A stretch of 20,273 bases of DNA from a bacterium (lineage in GTDB: Bacteria > Muiribacteriota > UBA6191). The notes under the pieces were generated by a model. The model was not told the origin of the DNA. It saw nothing but the letters and a program-made list of their open reading frames with translations, and did no database searches. Made by a program: the position numbers and the translations under genes. Positions within the stretch are counted from its first letter, which is position 1; the number at the start of each line of letters is the position of its first letter. Positions 8,901 through 17,830 of this stretch are shown here, piece after piece. The stretch lies in assembly GCA_036339875.1 (NCBI GenBank), contig JAYZAC010000026.1:1-20273 (forward strand), in the 5' to 3' direction.

Positions 8901-10144
8901 TCAATCTTTATATCTTTCAAATACAGGGGAGTGCTCAAATATTTCAACGAATGAACTACCACAGGGCTAAAGTTTATTTGGTTCGAATCGCCCCTAATCC
9001 CAAAACTTACTTGACCATGTAAATCTTTGGATAATTGATCAAAGTTTAGAACTTGGAATAGACGATGGATCTCTAAATTCTTGAAGTTAATCGAATAACG
9101 ATGTTTATTCGTAGGATCGTAAATATATGACCAGTCTATATGGGAGCCGAGAAACATACTTTGTGAATGTTCTAATTCAAATTTTTCTTCAGTCCATCGA
9201 GCTCTAAGATAAAGATCTTTAAGTTCTAAATCTTCAAATTTTACAAAATTTGAAAATAACCTACCTTCTCCATTTAACGCATAGTAAATACTTTTCCCAT
9301 CCTGCAACTGAGCACTTTTGGCTCCAGTTCCGATTAAATCTCTATGCTGAGAAAACTTTAGCTTAGATTCCAGTGTAACAGACCCGTCGTAACTTAAGCC
9401 CCTCATCGTGATAAGGTTTTTAACGGGTGTACCCTTACTCAATATTGCTAACTCGCCTCCGTTATTCTGGAGATCAAAAAGTAATTCCAAACTGATGGGT
9501 AAATCAGATGTTCCACTCGAGGAATCAAAATCTTTAGCAGAAGCTCGAAGCCTCACCTGTCTAGTATCCCACTCTAGAGAACCTTGAAATCTTATTCTAT
9601 CGTTTATCTTCAAATCATATTCATCCAAGAATTTACGATTTGTAAACAATAGTTCGAGAGTATTCTCTAATTGAAGATTATAAAATACCATCCTAGAGCA
9701 CTCGATAACCTTGAACCATTTAAGCCCTTTAGCGTCATGACTCAACGAACTTTTACCAAATAGAGAAATCAAATTCTGTAAAAAATCATCAAAATTTTTA
9801 ACGTAAACCTTTAAATCATTCAACTTGGCCTGTTCAATTTTCAATCGACGCTGAAACAAGGCATAGGGATTGATCTTTAGGTAGAGACTACCAAGATTAG
9901 TTACCGGAGTAGAACCCTTAATTGCAATAATTCCAACATCCTGTATCAAAAAACCTGTGAATAAATTACCCTCAATAGCGCCGCATGTAACCATGTAGTT
10001 TTTATAAGCTTTACCATGTACCGCTCCAGCAATTAGATCTAAAAATAGTGCATTAATTACAGAGCTTAGAAAACAGCACAAAACAATAAAGCTTACAAAG
10101 CTAATAAAAAAATACTTCTGTATTTCTCGCGACTTTTTAAGCAT
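5957..10144 (-). CDS. TamB/AsmA-like large envelope protein
   Basis: About 1400 aa with an N-terminal TM anchor followed by IEGNLFTGFLIQDV, long amphipathic beta-strand runs (e.g. DVQLSGSVEEPLMNGKG) and a DUF490-like C-terminus (LNGPLETMDYSLNSD...DVLKLL) ending DFQFGFERRLKF. Start uncertain (10144 or 10201). Confidence 0.8.
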   Translation of the reverse strand: MLKKSREIQKYFFISFVSFIVLCCFLSSVINALFLDLIAGAVHGKAYKNYMVTCGAIEGNLFTGFLIQDVGIIAIKGSTPVTNLGSLYLKINPYALFQRRLKIEQAKLNDLKVYVKNFDDFLQNLISLFGKSSLSHDAKGLKWFKVIECSRMVFYNLQLENTLELLFTNRKFLDEYDLKINDRIRFQGSLEWDTRQVRLRASAKDFDSSSGTSDLPISLELLFDLQNNGGELAILSKGTPVKNLITMRGLSYDGSVTLESKLKFSQHRDLIGTGAKSAQLQDGKSIYYALNGEGRLFSNFVKFEDLELKDLYLRARWTEEKFELEHSQSMFLGSHIDWSYIYDPTNKHRYSINFKNLEIHRLFQVLNFDQLSKDLHGQVSFGIRGDSNQINFSPVVVHSLKYLSTPLYLKDIKIEPISADIFADDLELTFESRGGSYMGAFVDKVRGFLDREKLTFSMTCDGVNIRDIEPLKRRSKTLGVKGRADVMFGGEIRFSERDYVLSASGDFFEIEVAGLPIESLHFNYNKKSDRNLWTWHMKLPMSDGHFDFEMDFLKKKGGIILEANKFDLAYFKQRIPDFPLSGLVKGNLKVDFEPELTIKLTANSGDLKLNNVPLQDSFLEIYLKKNKFQWKLKDHSLYTFAHGNHRLFDFVHSKANLDLIDVLGDLRFEIKESRLERFSKLPYLNKLRFSKGAVDLSGTYDQSSQIIRLKPKTLSLTGDQNRLDFRSDLPVKLNKSQFLSGSVEVWVKDGLNNFENKLANLKFEKNNLRLKLNQFRLSLLKEFSLDSYLLPFHGTLDMDLEVNNLDQDPNYKMSFNAAPIYVDVHGKDTYLEKISGELSSDSKGLRARNIKLIKQDGRFSIDGQLPLRLAAKEWKFEAIEGGLMNMKLQIPETPIAVFKDLLPNFDAEIDGSFELDVQLSGSVEEPLMNGKGNLDIVSFKVPSISNSLHLQSGKLDLDFVESYVKVNQMQGRLGEMIFHLSGEIYPLEGFKFFLKGDVAQSRFDRWFMDLSEARLSEVLVNGSGGQLQASASISAAKAVIFYEDLMRWIERDSSPLRIPFFPHYDFDLKIKQPENVMLQAEFFKMNVEPNMHIKIRPKKTYLKGYIGVREGSLELARNHFKIDSGSMIRFIPREQKIKLSPSPYELRESTPVWSSGDFQLQSVTDKLQTMWERDYTNESAMTGKLAWYEGDKTFDTRLNLRAVTEVGKRKVFLALNGPLETMDYSLNSDDENLGKNDVLKLLASRGIGSSNMAVAVSRDADGTNSFRVGDQDDEQLLSGQISATLEDQVLGRPFENLLGSLFDFQEVSLEPNFLGNQNGLGRFRMGTRLSKDIILTHEQENREFGSKKQTRLELKLDEELGLIFKREQTVDRPFDLFQGDIEKDFQFGFERRLKF

Positions 10145-10243
10145 GAAATTAAAATAAGGGTCTGTATAAAAAATTTTCGTCAATTTATAGGCTACATGCA
10201 AGTGAAAGCTTCCTTGTAGCTTGCAGGTTTTAAAAAATATTTA

Positions 10244-11611
10244 ATGTATCGATCAATTTTGTTTTTTCTCGTACTTAGTAGTCCTATCCATTCATATACA
10301 ATGCTCGATAAATTTAAAGTTTTAGTAGAAAAAAAAGATTTCGATAATGCACGTAAGAAACTCGAAGATTACCTTAAAACTACTTCTGAAGGATTCCGTA
10401 ATAATCAGAATGCAGATAAATTATTTTCTTACTACTATTTTCATCTATCACTACATGAGTGGAGAAGAGGTAATCTTAAAATCGCTTCACTCAATATGGA
10501 TCGCGCTTTATCAAAAGCACCAGAGAATATTGAAATTCAGAAAGCCAGAGCGCAACTGTATATAGAATCAAATCAGTTATCCGATGCCCAGCAGATAATT
10601 GAGTCTTTTATCACTAAATTAAATCCCAGTGATCGACGTAATTTTAACTTCAAACTCGCCACCTTGATGATTAAAAAAGAAATGCTTTATGAAGCTCTTC
10701 AGATTCTTCGAAATCATCAATTAAACTTTCCTAAGCATTTGGCAGCTTTGATCGAATTAGCAAATCTTTACTTGAAATTAGAACAATATCAATACGCAAT
10801 AGATACATTCACAATTTTAATTAATCTTGAGCCCTCTGAGCAGTTCTACGAAGGTTTAAGAAAAGCAAAGCATGGACTTGAAGTAAGCCTTCGAACGGTA
10901 CATTCATATTCTGCATCTTTTAAGATTAGAATTGAAGGTGAACATTTTGAAAATTATTACCCTATCATTTTTGAGGAACTAGAAAATTGTTCCAGTGAGC
11001 TTAACGCTATTTTTGGCTATGAACCTCGTGGACTTGTACACATCCTATTTTTGAATAACATCGATTTTCAGAAGTGGAATCATCTAAGTAATTACGTTCG
11101 AGGTCTGAGCGATGGGGCTAGCTGGCAAATTCGTATTCCAATTAATCGAGTACAGAACTTCAAAGATAAAAATTTACTGATTAACACACTTTATCATGAA
11201 TATAGTCATCATCTTGTGAGATTAATTACTAAAGGTAGAGGTGAAATACCAATCTGGTTTCACGAAGGATTAGCAAAATTTTTGGAACCAAACCGAGATC
11301 ATGACAAGGAAGCTCAAGTATTACGCAAATTGTTAGAAATAAATCAACTTTTTAAACCTGGGCAGATACCTAATTCTTTTGGCATGCATTCGAAAAGTTA
11401 TGAAGCTTATATTCAGTCTGTTTCAATCGTCGACTACTTGAACAAAGTAAAATGTTTGGATGATTTAATTGCAAGTCTTTCTGAGTTTACGGAAGGAACT
11501 AAGTTTTCCGATAAGTTAATAGAGAAATGTATTATGAACGAAGACCAGCTTATAGACCAATGGACGAAATCGATACAAAAAGAGATTACGGAGAAAAATA
11601 GTGAGTATTGA
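10244..11611 (+). CDS. Exported TPR-repeat protein with a peptidase MA-like zinc metallopeptidase domain
   Basis: Signal peptide, then TPR-like helices (ALSKAPENIEIQKARAQLY; FPKHLAALIELANLYLKLEQYQYA), HEYSH at 11195-11209 and the third-ligand motif PIWFHEGLA. Confidence 0.85.
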   Translation: MYRSILFFLVLSSPIHSYTMLDKFKVLVEKKDFDNARKKLEDYLKTTSEGFRNNQNADKLFSYYYFHLSLHEWRRGNLKIASLNMDRALSKAPENIEIQKARAQLYIESNQLSDAQQIIESFITKLNPSDRRNFNFKLATLMIKKEMLYEALQILRNHQLNFPKHLAALIELANLYLKLEQYQYAIDTFTILINLEPSEQFYEGLRKAKHGLEVSLRTVHSYSASFKIRIEGEHFENYYPIIFEELENCSSELNAIFGYEPRGLVHILFLNNIDFQKWNHLSNYVRGLSDGASWQIRIPINRVQNFKDKNLLINTLYHEYSHHLVRLITKGRGEIPIWFHEGLAKFLEPNRDHDKEAQVLRKLLEINQLFKPGQIPNSFGMHSKSYEAYIQSVSIVDYLNKVKCLDDLIASLSEFTEGTKFSDKLIEKCIMNEDQLIDQWTKSIQKEITEKNSEY

Positions 11612-12176
11612 AGCAATAAGAAATTCGGGATTAGCAGGACTTGCAAACGGATTAAGACGAATTTTATTTGACTCTTTCAAAGACACAACAAATTTGAAAA
11701 AAGGAGAGCAAGGCAGATTTATACCTACAGCCGAAGGACTTCAATTTACGCCGCAAGTACTCAAATCGAAACCTGAAAGTAATCATGCTGTTCTGAAACG
11801 TAACTTAGGTAATCGATTCGTAGCAAAGGTCAAAGTTGAAGGTAAATTTTCGCCTGCGAAAGCCTCTAATGTTGGATTCATACTTAAAAAACAGGATGAA
11901 AAAAATAAACTTGCAATTAATATGCAATCTGATGGACAAGTTAGACTAATCAAATTCGAAGATGGAAAAAAATCTATCCTTAAATCAGTTAAATTGAGTG
12001 AACCTCCCAAGGACGAATTCGAGATGGCTGTAAAAGTCGATAATCGTAAAGTAAGTTTCATGGTTGATGGAAAGGAAGTTTTTGAAGCATCTGATGATAG
12101 CTTCAAAGGTGGCGAATTCGGTTTCGGATCTTTCAAGGGAACCAACCGATTTCGAGATCTGGAAATTTACAAATAA
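11601..12176 (+). CDS. Hypothetical protein with a concanavalin A/DUF1080-like beta-sandwich
   Basis: GTG start overlaps the upstream gene by 11 nt, with GGAG upstream. The C-terminus MAVKVDNRKVSFMVDGKEV...DDSFKGGEFGFG...FRDLEI is typical of DUF1080/LamG-type folds. Confidence 0.65.
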   Translation: MSIEAIRNSGLAGLANGLRRILFDSFKDTTNLKKGEQGRFIPTAEGLQFTPQVLKSKPESNHAVLKRNLGNRFVAKVKVEGKFSPAKASNVGFILKKQDEKNKLAINMQSDGQVRLIKFEDGKKSILKSVKLSEPPKDEFEMAVKVDNRKVSFMVDGKEVFEASDDSFKGGEFGFGSFKGTNRFRDLEIYK

Positions 12177-12178
12177 AT

Positions 12179-13765
12179 CTAGAATCTCGTCGCTAACTCT
12201 AGAAAAGTCCCTCTAAAAAAAGAATCAAATCCGACTTCAGAAACAGTATCTGTGTCTGTTCGCATTTGATAATCATTACGCCGATAACCCACACCAAGCT
12301 CTAAACTATCGAAAATTTTCGACAGGCTTATTGGAATTTTTTGTCGGTATTCAATCCCTGATCTTACTCCAGAGGTATTGACTCCTCCAATATGAAATTT
12401 AGTAGCGAGGAACTTAAACATAAGTCTACCTGTTCCCCAAGGAAAGTAATTAAGTTCATAGCCCAGAATAGGCTGTAAAGTAATATCAGAATAACTACTT
12501 GTTCTACTTCCATCAACAAAATTTAAATCATGAAAGTTAGCCCTCAATCCACCAAGTAAATTGACTGATGCATCTTGCCTACTAAATAAAGACTTTCTAA
12601 CATATGAGTCTAAATGCGATAGACGTGCCGCAAGATCGCTCCCCGTATCAAAAAGTGTATTCTTAATTAAAAAACTTCCTTGAACCCGAGAAGAGAAATC
12701 CGTTGAAATAAAATCTGTTTGTACTTCATACTTGCCTGGTCTAAAAAGAGCTTGAATTCTTACTGCCTCCGAGTCTAGATCTCTAAAAACTCCGCTTTTA
12801 TTTTGACCAGTTTTACCGTTTGTTTTGCTTGAAATAAATGGTGCAACTGACACATTCTTAATTAATTGATAAGTTTCTTTTTTCTGATCAAATAAACTTT
12901 TACCCTCTTCAAAGTTTATGGGCTTTCCTTTAGCATAATCACGAAAATAGTCAGCTCTGAAATTTTTATGCTGTTCAAAATCCATTTTCAAATGATCACG
13001 TTCTAATCTAAACGAGAAAGGAACTAATCGTGGCGGATCTATAATCCTACCGGATTTACGATCCCATGATCGTATTGCAGTAACTTTTCCAAGTTTATTG
13101 TAGTAAATCTCAATAAAACCTCTATTATTCTGAACTAAATCTTTGCTCAAAACTTGAGCGTATATTTTATGGTCTAACTTCTGTTTCTGGCCAGTATGTT
13201 TATTGAACACAATCCGCTTATGAATTAGCCCATCTCGCGTGTAGAGAGTTTTGACTTTATAGTCTCTAGAATCACTCCACCTTACCACGAACTCTTTTGA
13301 AAAGTTCTCATCCGCATATATTACTTTATCCCAGTCAATTGATTGTATTGTTAGCTCTTCATCCTCTACGTCATATTTTTCAATCGCTCGAACCTCATTC
13401 TGACTTAACAAAATCTCACCAATTATTCGACCATCCTTTTTAAAGGCCTTTTGGGAGATAAGCTTGCCTTCATAGTCGTATTTCATCACTGCTAAATTTT
13501 CGAGATCCTCGTATCTTTCCTCAACTACATTTTCTCTACTAATGATGTCTGGATTCTCAATTTTTTTATTCGAATGTACATCATAAACTAAAGATTTAAC
13601 TAACTTATCGCCTTCGTAAATTTTAGTTATCCTATAATTAAGAGTTGTCTCTGTATGAGCTATTTGGCCGTGCTCCAAGTGCACTCTTGCAGCTTCAACA
13701 GGCATGGTATAACCAAGAAAAGAGAGAATAAAATAATTAAAAATAATCCAATATGCAGATTTCAC
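12179..13765 (-). CDS. Putative outer-membrane beta-barrel protein with N-terminal beta-hairpin repeats
   Basis: Signal peptide ending VEA-A (GTG 13765 preferred; TTG 13804 possible). The C-terminal ~200 aa have alternating strands (VNLLGGLRANF, LELGVGYRRNDY) and end RGTFLELATRF. Confidence 0.7.
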   Translation of the reverse strand: MKSAYWIIFNYFILSFLGYTMPVEAARVHLEHGQIAHTETTLNYRITKIYEGDKLVKSLVYDVHSNKKIENPDIISRENVVEERYEDLENLAVMKYDYEGKLISQKAFKKDGRIIGEILLSQNEVRAIEKYDVEDEELTIQSIDWDKVIYADENFSKEFVVRWSDSRDYKVKTLYTRDGLIHKRIVFNKHTGQKQKLDHKIYAQVLSKDLVQNNRGFIEIYYNKLGKVTAIRSWDRKSGRIIDPPRLVPFSFRLERDHLKMDFEQHKNFRADYFRDYAKGKPINFEEGKSLFDQKKETYQLIKNVSVAPFISSKTNGKTGQNKSGVFRDLDSEAVRIQALFRPGKYEVQTDFISTDFSSRVQGSFLIKNTLFDTGSDLAARLSHLDSYVRKSLFSRQDASVNLLGGLRANFHDLNFVDGSRTSSYSDITLQPILGYELNYFPWGTGRLMFKFLATKFHIGGVNTSGVRSGIEYRQKIPISLSKIFDSLELGVGYRRNDYQMRTDTDTVSEVGFDSFFRGTFLELATRF

Positions 13766-13847
13766 TAGTTCTTTTTTCGTCCGAAGCAGATAACCTGTGA
13801 ACAAAATCTAGTTAAAAAAGCATTATTTCGTCTGAATAAAAACTAAT

Positions 13848-15728
13848 TTAGGTTATGATAAATTGTGCTATGTACTTTGCTGACAATGCACCCAAATAGG
13901 CGAGTACTATAGTATATAATCCGACAAAAAATGGCCATTTATACCCACCCGTTTCTCTCACGAGAACGGCAAATGTAGATATACATTGAGGTGCGAATAC
14001 GAACCAAATTAACAATGCCATTAATACCTCAGGTGCAAAGCTTTTTCTAACCATTTCTGTCAACTTACCCTCAAACTTAGGGTCATCCTCAGACATTTGT
14101 ACAGATAATACAGTGCCCATCGCTGCCACCGCTAGTTCTCGGGCACCAAATGCAGGTATGAGAATAGTTGATAGACGCCAATCAAATCCTAAAGGTTCAA
14201 AAACTGGCTGAATTGTCTGACCTACTTGAGCTGCATACGACTTATTTATTTCTGATTGGCTGCCATCTGCATTTCGTGGAAAACTGACAAGAACCCAAAG
14301 GATCATTGAAAGCACCAATATGACTGTTCCTGCTTTCTTAACGAAAGACCAAGATTTTTGCCAGACACCCCTCAAGACGTTGCTTAATTGCGGAATCCGA
14401 TAAGGGGGTAACTCCATTAGAAGTCCTGAAGGAGAACCCGTCAATACTGTTTTTCGCATAGCATAGGACATAATCAACGCACTTAGCATCCCTAAAGTGT
14501 ACAGACTAAACAACACTAAGCCTTGTAGGTTTAAAAATCCAAAAAGGAAACTCGATGGAACAAATGCAGCAATTAAAATAGCATAGACTGGTAAACGAGC
14601 TGAACATTGGGTCAATGGGGCTACCATCATAACGGCAAGACGGTCTGACCGACTTTCCAGAGTACGAGCTGCCATGATTCCAGGGATGGCACAAGCATGC
14701 GAACTAAGTAGTGGCACGGTAGCACGACCAGGAAGACCCATTTTTCGCATCCAGCCATCTAAGAGAAATGCTGCACGCCCTAGATACCCCCAATCCTCAA
14801 GAAAAAGAAGGAATAAAAATAACAACATTATTTGTGGTAAAAAAACCAAGAAGTTACCCACTCCTGCAATAACTCCATCCACCAAAAACGATTGTAATAA
14901 GCCCTCAGTCATAACTCCAAGAACCAGACTTTGTATGCTTGTAACACCAGTCTCAACAAGATCCATTACTGGACCTGCCCAACTAAACATTAATTGGAAA
15001 ACAAATATCAAAAATCCAATTAATATTAGAAGCCCCCACACTGGATGCAAAACCCAGCGATCAATTTTTGCCGTGAGAGTATCAGGCGCCATTTCCTTCA
15101 CTGTAGCCAACCGTAAAATTTCTTCTACTCTTGTATAAGTAGCCTTTATGACATCGAGCCTGCGAATCTTGTGCAAAAAGTTTTCAGGAGGTTCCGGAGC
15201 ACGACCTTCTTTTATGACAATTTGAATTTTCTCTTTAAGCTGATCAATTCCTTTACGCTTTGTTGCAACGGTTGGAATTATTGGACAACCCAATTCCCTC
15301 TCAAAAATCGCTAAATCTAACTCTAAGCCGCGTCCATGAGCCTCATCCATCATATTTAATGCTACGATGACTGGACATCCTAATTGCTGTAGTTCAATCA
15401 CCAGATACAGAGACCGCCTTAAATTAGTTGCGTCAATCACAGCAACTATTGCTGATGGTTTCTTTTCATCATTAAATCTACCTAGAAGAATATCTCTTCC
15501 AACTTTCTCGTCAAAAGAATGGATATCCAGTGAATAGCACCCGGGTACATCCATAAGGTCAACCCATTGATCGCCAGACAACTTAAGTGAACCTTTTACA
15601 CGATCAACCGTAATTCCTGGATAATTACCAACTTTCTGATTTAATCCAGTTAATGCATTAAATAATGAAGTTTTACCGCAGTTAGGACTACCTGCCAGAG
15701 CAATCAGAGGGGGTTCTAATGATTGCAT
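13848..15728 (-). CDS. feoB: Ferrous iron transport protein B
   Basis: G1 GSPNCGKTS, G2 NYPGITVD, G3 DVPG, G4 NMMD; membrane/gate motifs LEDWGYLGRAAF, CSARLPVY, LMELPPYRIP, APQCIST. ATG 15728 has a GAGG RBS inside the feoA end; 626 aa. Confidence 0.97.
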   Translation of the reverse strand: MQSLEPPLIALAGSPNCGKTSLFNALTGLNQKVGNYPGITVDRVKGSLKLSGDQWVDLMDVPGCYSLDIHSFDEKVGRDILLGRFNDEKKPSAIVAVIDATNLRRSLYLVIELQQLGCPVIVALNMMDEAHGRGLELDLAIFERELGCPIIPTVATKRKGIDQLKEKIQIVIKEGRAPEPPENFLHKIRRLDVIKATYTRVEEILRLATVKEMAPDTLTAKIDRWVLHPVWGLLILIGFLIFVFQLMFSWAGPVMDLVETGVTSIQSLVLGVMTEGLLQSFLVDGVIAGVGNFLVFLPQIMLLFLFLLFLEDWGYLGRAAFLLDGWMRKMGLPGRATVPLLSSHACAIPGIMAARTLESRSDRLAVMMVAPLTQCSARLPVYAILIAAFVPSSFLFGFLNLQGLVLFSLYTLGMLSALIMSYAMRKTVLTGSPSGLLMELPPYRIPQLSNVLRGVWQKSWSFVKKAGTVILVLSMILWVLVSFPRNADGSQSEINKSYAAQVGQTIQPVFEPLGFDWRLSTILIPAFGARELAVAAMGTVLSVQMSEDDPKFEGKLTEMVRKSFAPEVLMALLIWFVFAPQCISTFAVLVRETGGYKWPFFVGLYTIVLAYLGALSAKYIAQFIIT

Positions 15729-15729
15729 A

Positions 15730-15999
15730 TTAAACCTCTTCAACGCTTATCAAGGCTGCTTCCTGACGTGTTAAAGCGATATATCCTTGAGATACCTTTA
15801 CTAAAATTGGTTCCGCAACTATTGGAGCTACGTTTGTGACAGTAATCTCTTGATCAGGTAAAAAACCCAGATGAGATAATCGCAAAATGACTCTCTCATC
15901 AATATGATCAGAATTTTCATGACAACCGACACTCAAAATTCGGCCTTTGGTTCCTAATGAAAGCTCTGACAATTGGTGACTATTGGGTGTTCTACACAT
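15730..15999 (-). CDS. feoA: Ferrous iron transport protein A
   Basis: RLSHLGFLPDQEITV...AP...PILVKV...IALTRQEA is the FeoA pattern; lies directly upstream of feoB; AGGA RBS. Confidence 0.93.
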   Translation of the reverse strand: MCRTPNSHQLSELSLGTKGRILSVGCHENSDHIDERVILRLSHLGFLPDQEITVTNVAPIVAEPILVKVSQGYIALTRQEAALISVEEV

Positions 16000-16024
16000 T
16001 TGGTACGTCCTATCTACTCTAATT

Positions 16025-16044
16025 GCAAATGAAAATCATTTTCA
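16025..16044. promoter_or_regulatory. Fur box upstream of feoAB
   Basis: Perfect 7-1-7 palindrome TGAAAAT-C-ATTTTCA (16030-16044). 16025-16043 matches GATAATGATAATCATTATC at 15/19. A -35-like TTGACG lies on the minus strand at 16075-16070. Confidence 0.85.
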
Positions 16045-16096
16045 AATAGATACAGTAAGATCAAATAATCGTCAAGTAGTAATCCAATTAAAACAG

Positions 16097-17824
16097 TCAA
16101 AAATACAAACTCATAGCTTCTTTACCAAAGACTTTTTGATTCAAAAATTGCGGATCAAACTGATCCCCTAATGCTCTCTCAGGTCCGCTTATAAAAGTAG
16201 ATTCGCCGCGAGTCCAAATACAATGTGGAACTCTAAATGTGGGATGCCCTCTCAATATGCATTTAACAGAGCCTTTATCGGAATAAATATTCAGGAGAAA
16301 ATTTTCGTAATACACTTTTATATTTTCATTCATTAATGATTTAAACCAACCCAATGGCTCGATAACTGATCTAAAACGTTGTATCCCAAAGGGTCCGCCA
16401 CGATGAAAATCAGAAGACCGAAGTCGATAATCATAAAACCATAGTCCACTAAGCTTTTTTTCCTTGTGGAGTGCAAGAATAGTAGGAAGGATTTCGTGGG
16501 TAAATTGATTTGGCCAAGGGAGGTTAATTTCTGAAATCCAGTTTTCTGATGCACCCCTAAACAACTCTAGATATCTTGACCTCCAAAATGTTAAAAATTC
16601 TAGTGGACTACGACCACCCACCTTCAGATTACCTGCATTAAACTCCGGATAATCAAAATATAGATGTCGATCAATGGACTTTGAAAATTTCAAATTACAT
16701 AAAAGATCTTCATCACCTAATTGATAATTTGATAAAAATAAATGGCCCGAATAACCTTTTCTCCGTAAATACCGTCGATACATTGAGCCAACCTTCAACA
16801 TTATTTGGCATGGGTTTTTAACATTTGTAATAAAATTTTTAGGCGGCTCAGCATAAAGAGAGTTTTCATTAAATAAGCAAACTCCAATTAGTTTTTTACT
16901 CGTAAATAGAGGGGATTTACCTAAATAAAAACTACTCAACCATTCAATTAGTTTAATCGTACGATCTTGTAGTTCATTGGATAAGTAGATCCACTGTTTC
17001 CAGCCATTTTCAATAATTTGACCTGATTTTAGGTTGGTTTCTAATGGCCATGACAAAATATCTATGGATAACGAAAGGCCAATATCACTTAAGTCATATA
17101 AAAAATTTTGGAGAGTATTTCTGAAATAAGAATTAAAATCTAGAGATTGCACTAATCTAGTCAATTTATGCAATCGGATACTACAAAAACCGTCATTTTT
17201 AGCTTGTCTCAGCAGCAATTTTCTCTGACTACTATCAAGTTCTAAAAATAAATAATCTGCCTCTAAATTTACTCCCATTACACCTGACCAAGTACCTGAG
17301 GTATGACGTAGTGATTCAGTTGCTGTTTTAAATGTCCAAAGACTATCTAGAGGACTAATTTCTGGACCCAATAACTTACAAAATAGAGAGTCTTCACTCG
17401 AAAGCTTTACCCTGTATCTCAAATAACCAATTGGTTTAGATTTCTTCCATTCGATATTCTTCCATCCCAAAGAATTGTCATCGCTATTTATTTGTACTCC
17501 CATCCAGCCGCCATGCGGATGATAGACTTCGAATTGATCAATACCTTTGCCGTACAATTTTAATGCGAAAGAACTCCGAGGTTTACTCAGTTCAACACTG
17601 GCTTCGAAAATTCCTTCACTCGCTAAACCACTGACTAAGCAGTAGCAACGCTTAGTTACCGCTACTTGAAGGTCACCAATGAATCGACCATGGACCGAAG
17701 CCGGACTTTTAATTTCAAATAATACTGTTTCTTTAGGGTTATCTTCTAAGATCAGTTCACTAGCTAAACAGACTTGAAATAAAAAATGACTGAACAACAA
17801 TATGAACAACCATTTCAAAGTCAT
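16097..17824 (-). CDS. Secreted clan GH-A (GH5-like) glycoside hydrolase with an N-terminal beta-rich domain
   Basis: Signal peptide. TIM-barrel motifs appear in the expected order: GVNL, GFCSIRLHKL, LFNENSL (acid/base Glu at 16865-16867), IDRHLYFDYP, WISEINLPWPN (nucleophile Glu at 16529-16531), GLWFYDY. Confidence 0.7.
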   Translation of the reverse strand: MTLKWLFILLFSHFLFQVCLASELILEDNPKETVLFEIKSPASVHGRFIGDLQVAVTKRCYCLVSGLASEGIFEASVELSKPRSSFALKLYGKGIDQFEVYHPHGGWMGVQINSDDNSLGWKNIEWKKSKPIGYLRYRVKLSSEDSLFCKLLGPEISPLDSLWTFKTATESLRHTSGTWSGVMGVNLEADYLFLELDSSQRKLLLRQAKNDGFCSIRLHKLTRLVQSLDFNSYFRNTLQNFLYDLSDIGLSLSIDILSWPLETNLKSGQIIENGWKQWIYLSNELQDRTIKLIEWLSSFYLGKSPLFTSKKLIGVCLFNENSLYAEPPKNFITNVKNPCQIMLKVGSMYRRYLRRKGYSGHLFLSNYQLGDEDLLCNLKFSKSIDRHLYFDYPEFNAGNLKVGGRSPLEFLTFWRSRYLELFRGASENWISEINLPWPNQFTHEILPTILALHKEKKLSGLWFYDYRLRSSDFHRGGPFGIQRFRSVIEPLGWFKSLMNENIKVYYENFLLNIYSDKGSVKCILRGHPTFRVPHCIWTRGESTFISGPERALGDQFDPQFLNQKVFGKEAMSLYF

Positions 17825-17830
17825 AGAGAG

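Noticed and set aside
11481..11514. sigma28-like TCCGATAA upstream of the 11601 gene (also GCCGAT at 583-588)
   Set aside because: No TAAA -35 element at the 15-bp spacing in either case.
14674..15138. 154-aa plus-strand ORF, and the other 60-126 aa ORFs nested in or antisense to long genes
   Set aside because: They are shadow frames of well-supported genes (feoB, htpG, TamB-like etc.) with no recognisable motifs.
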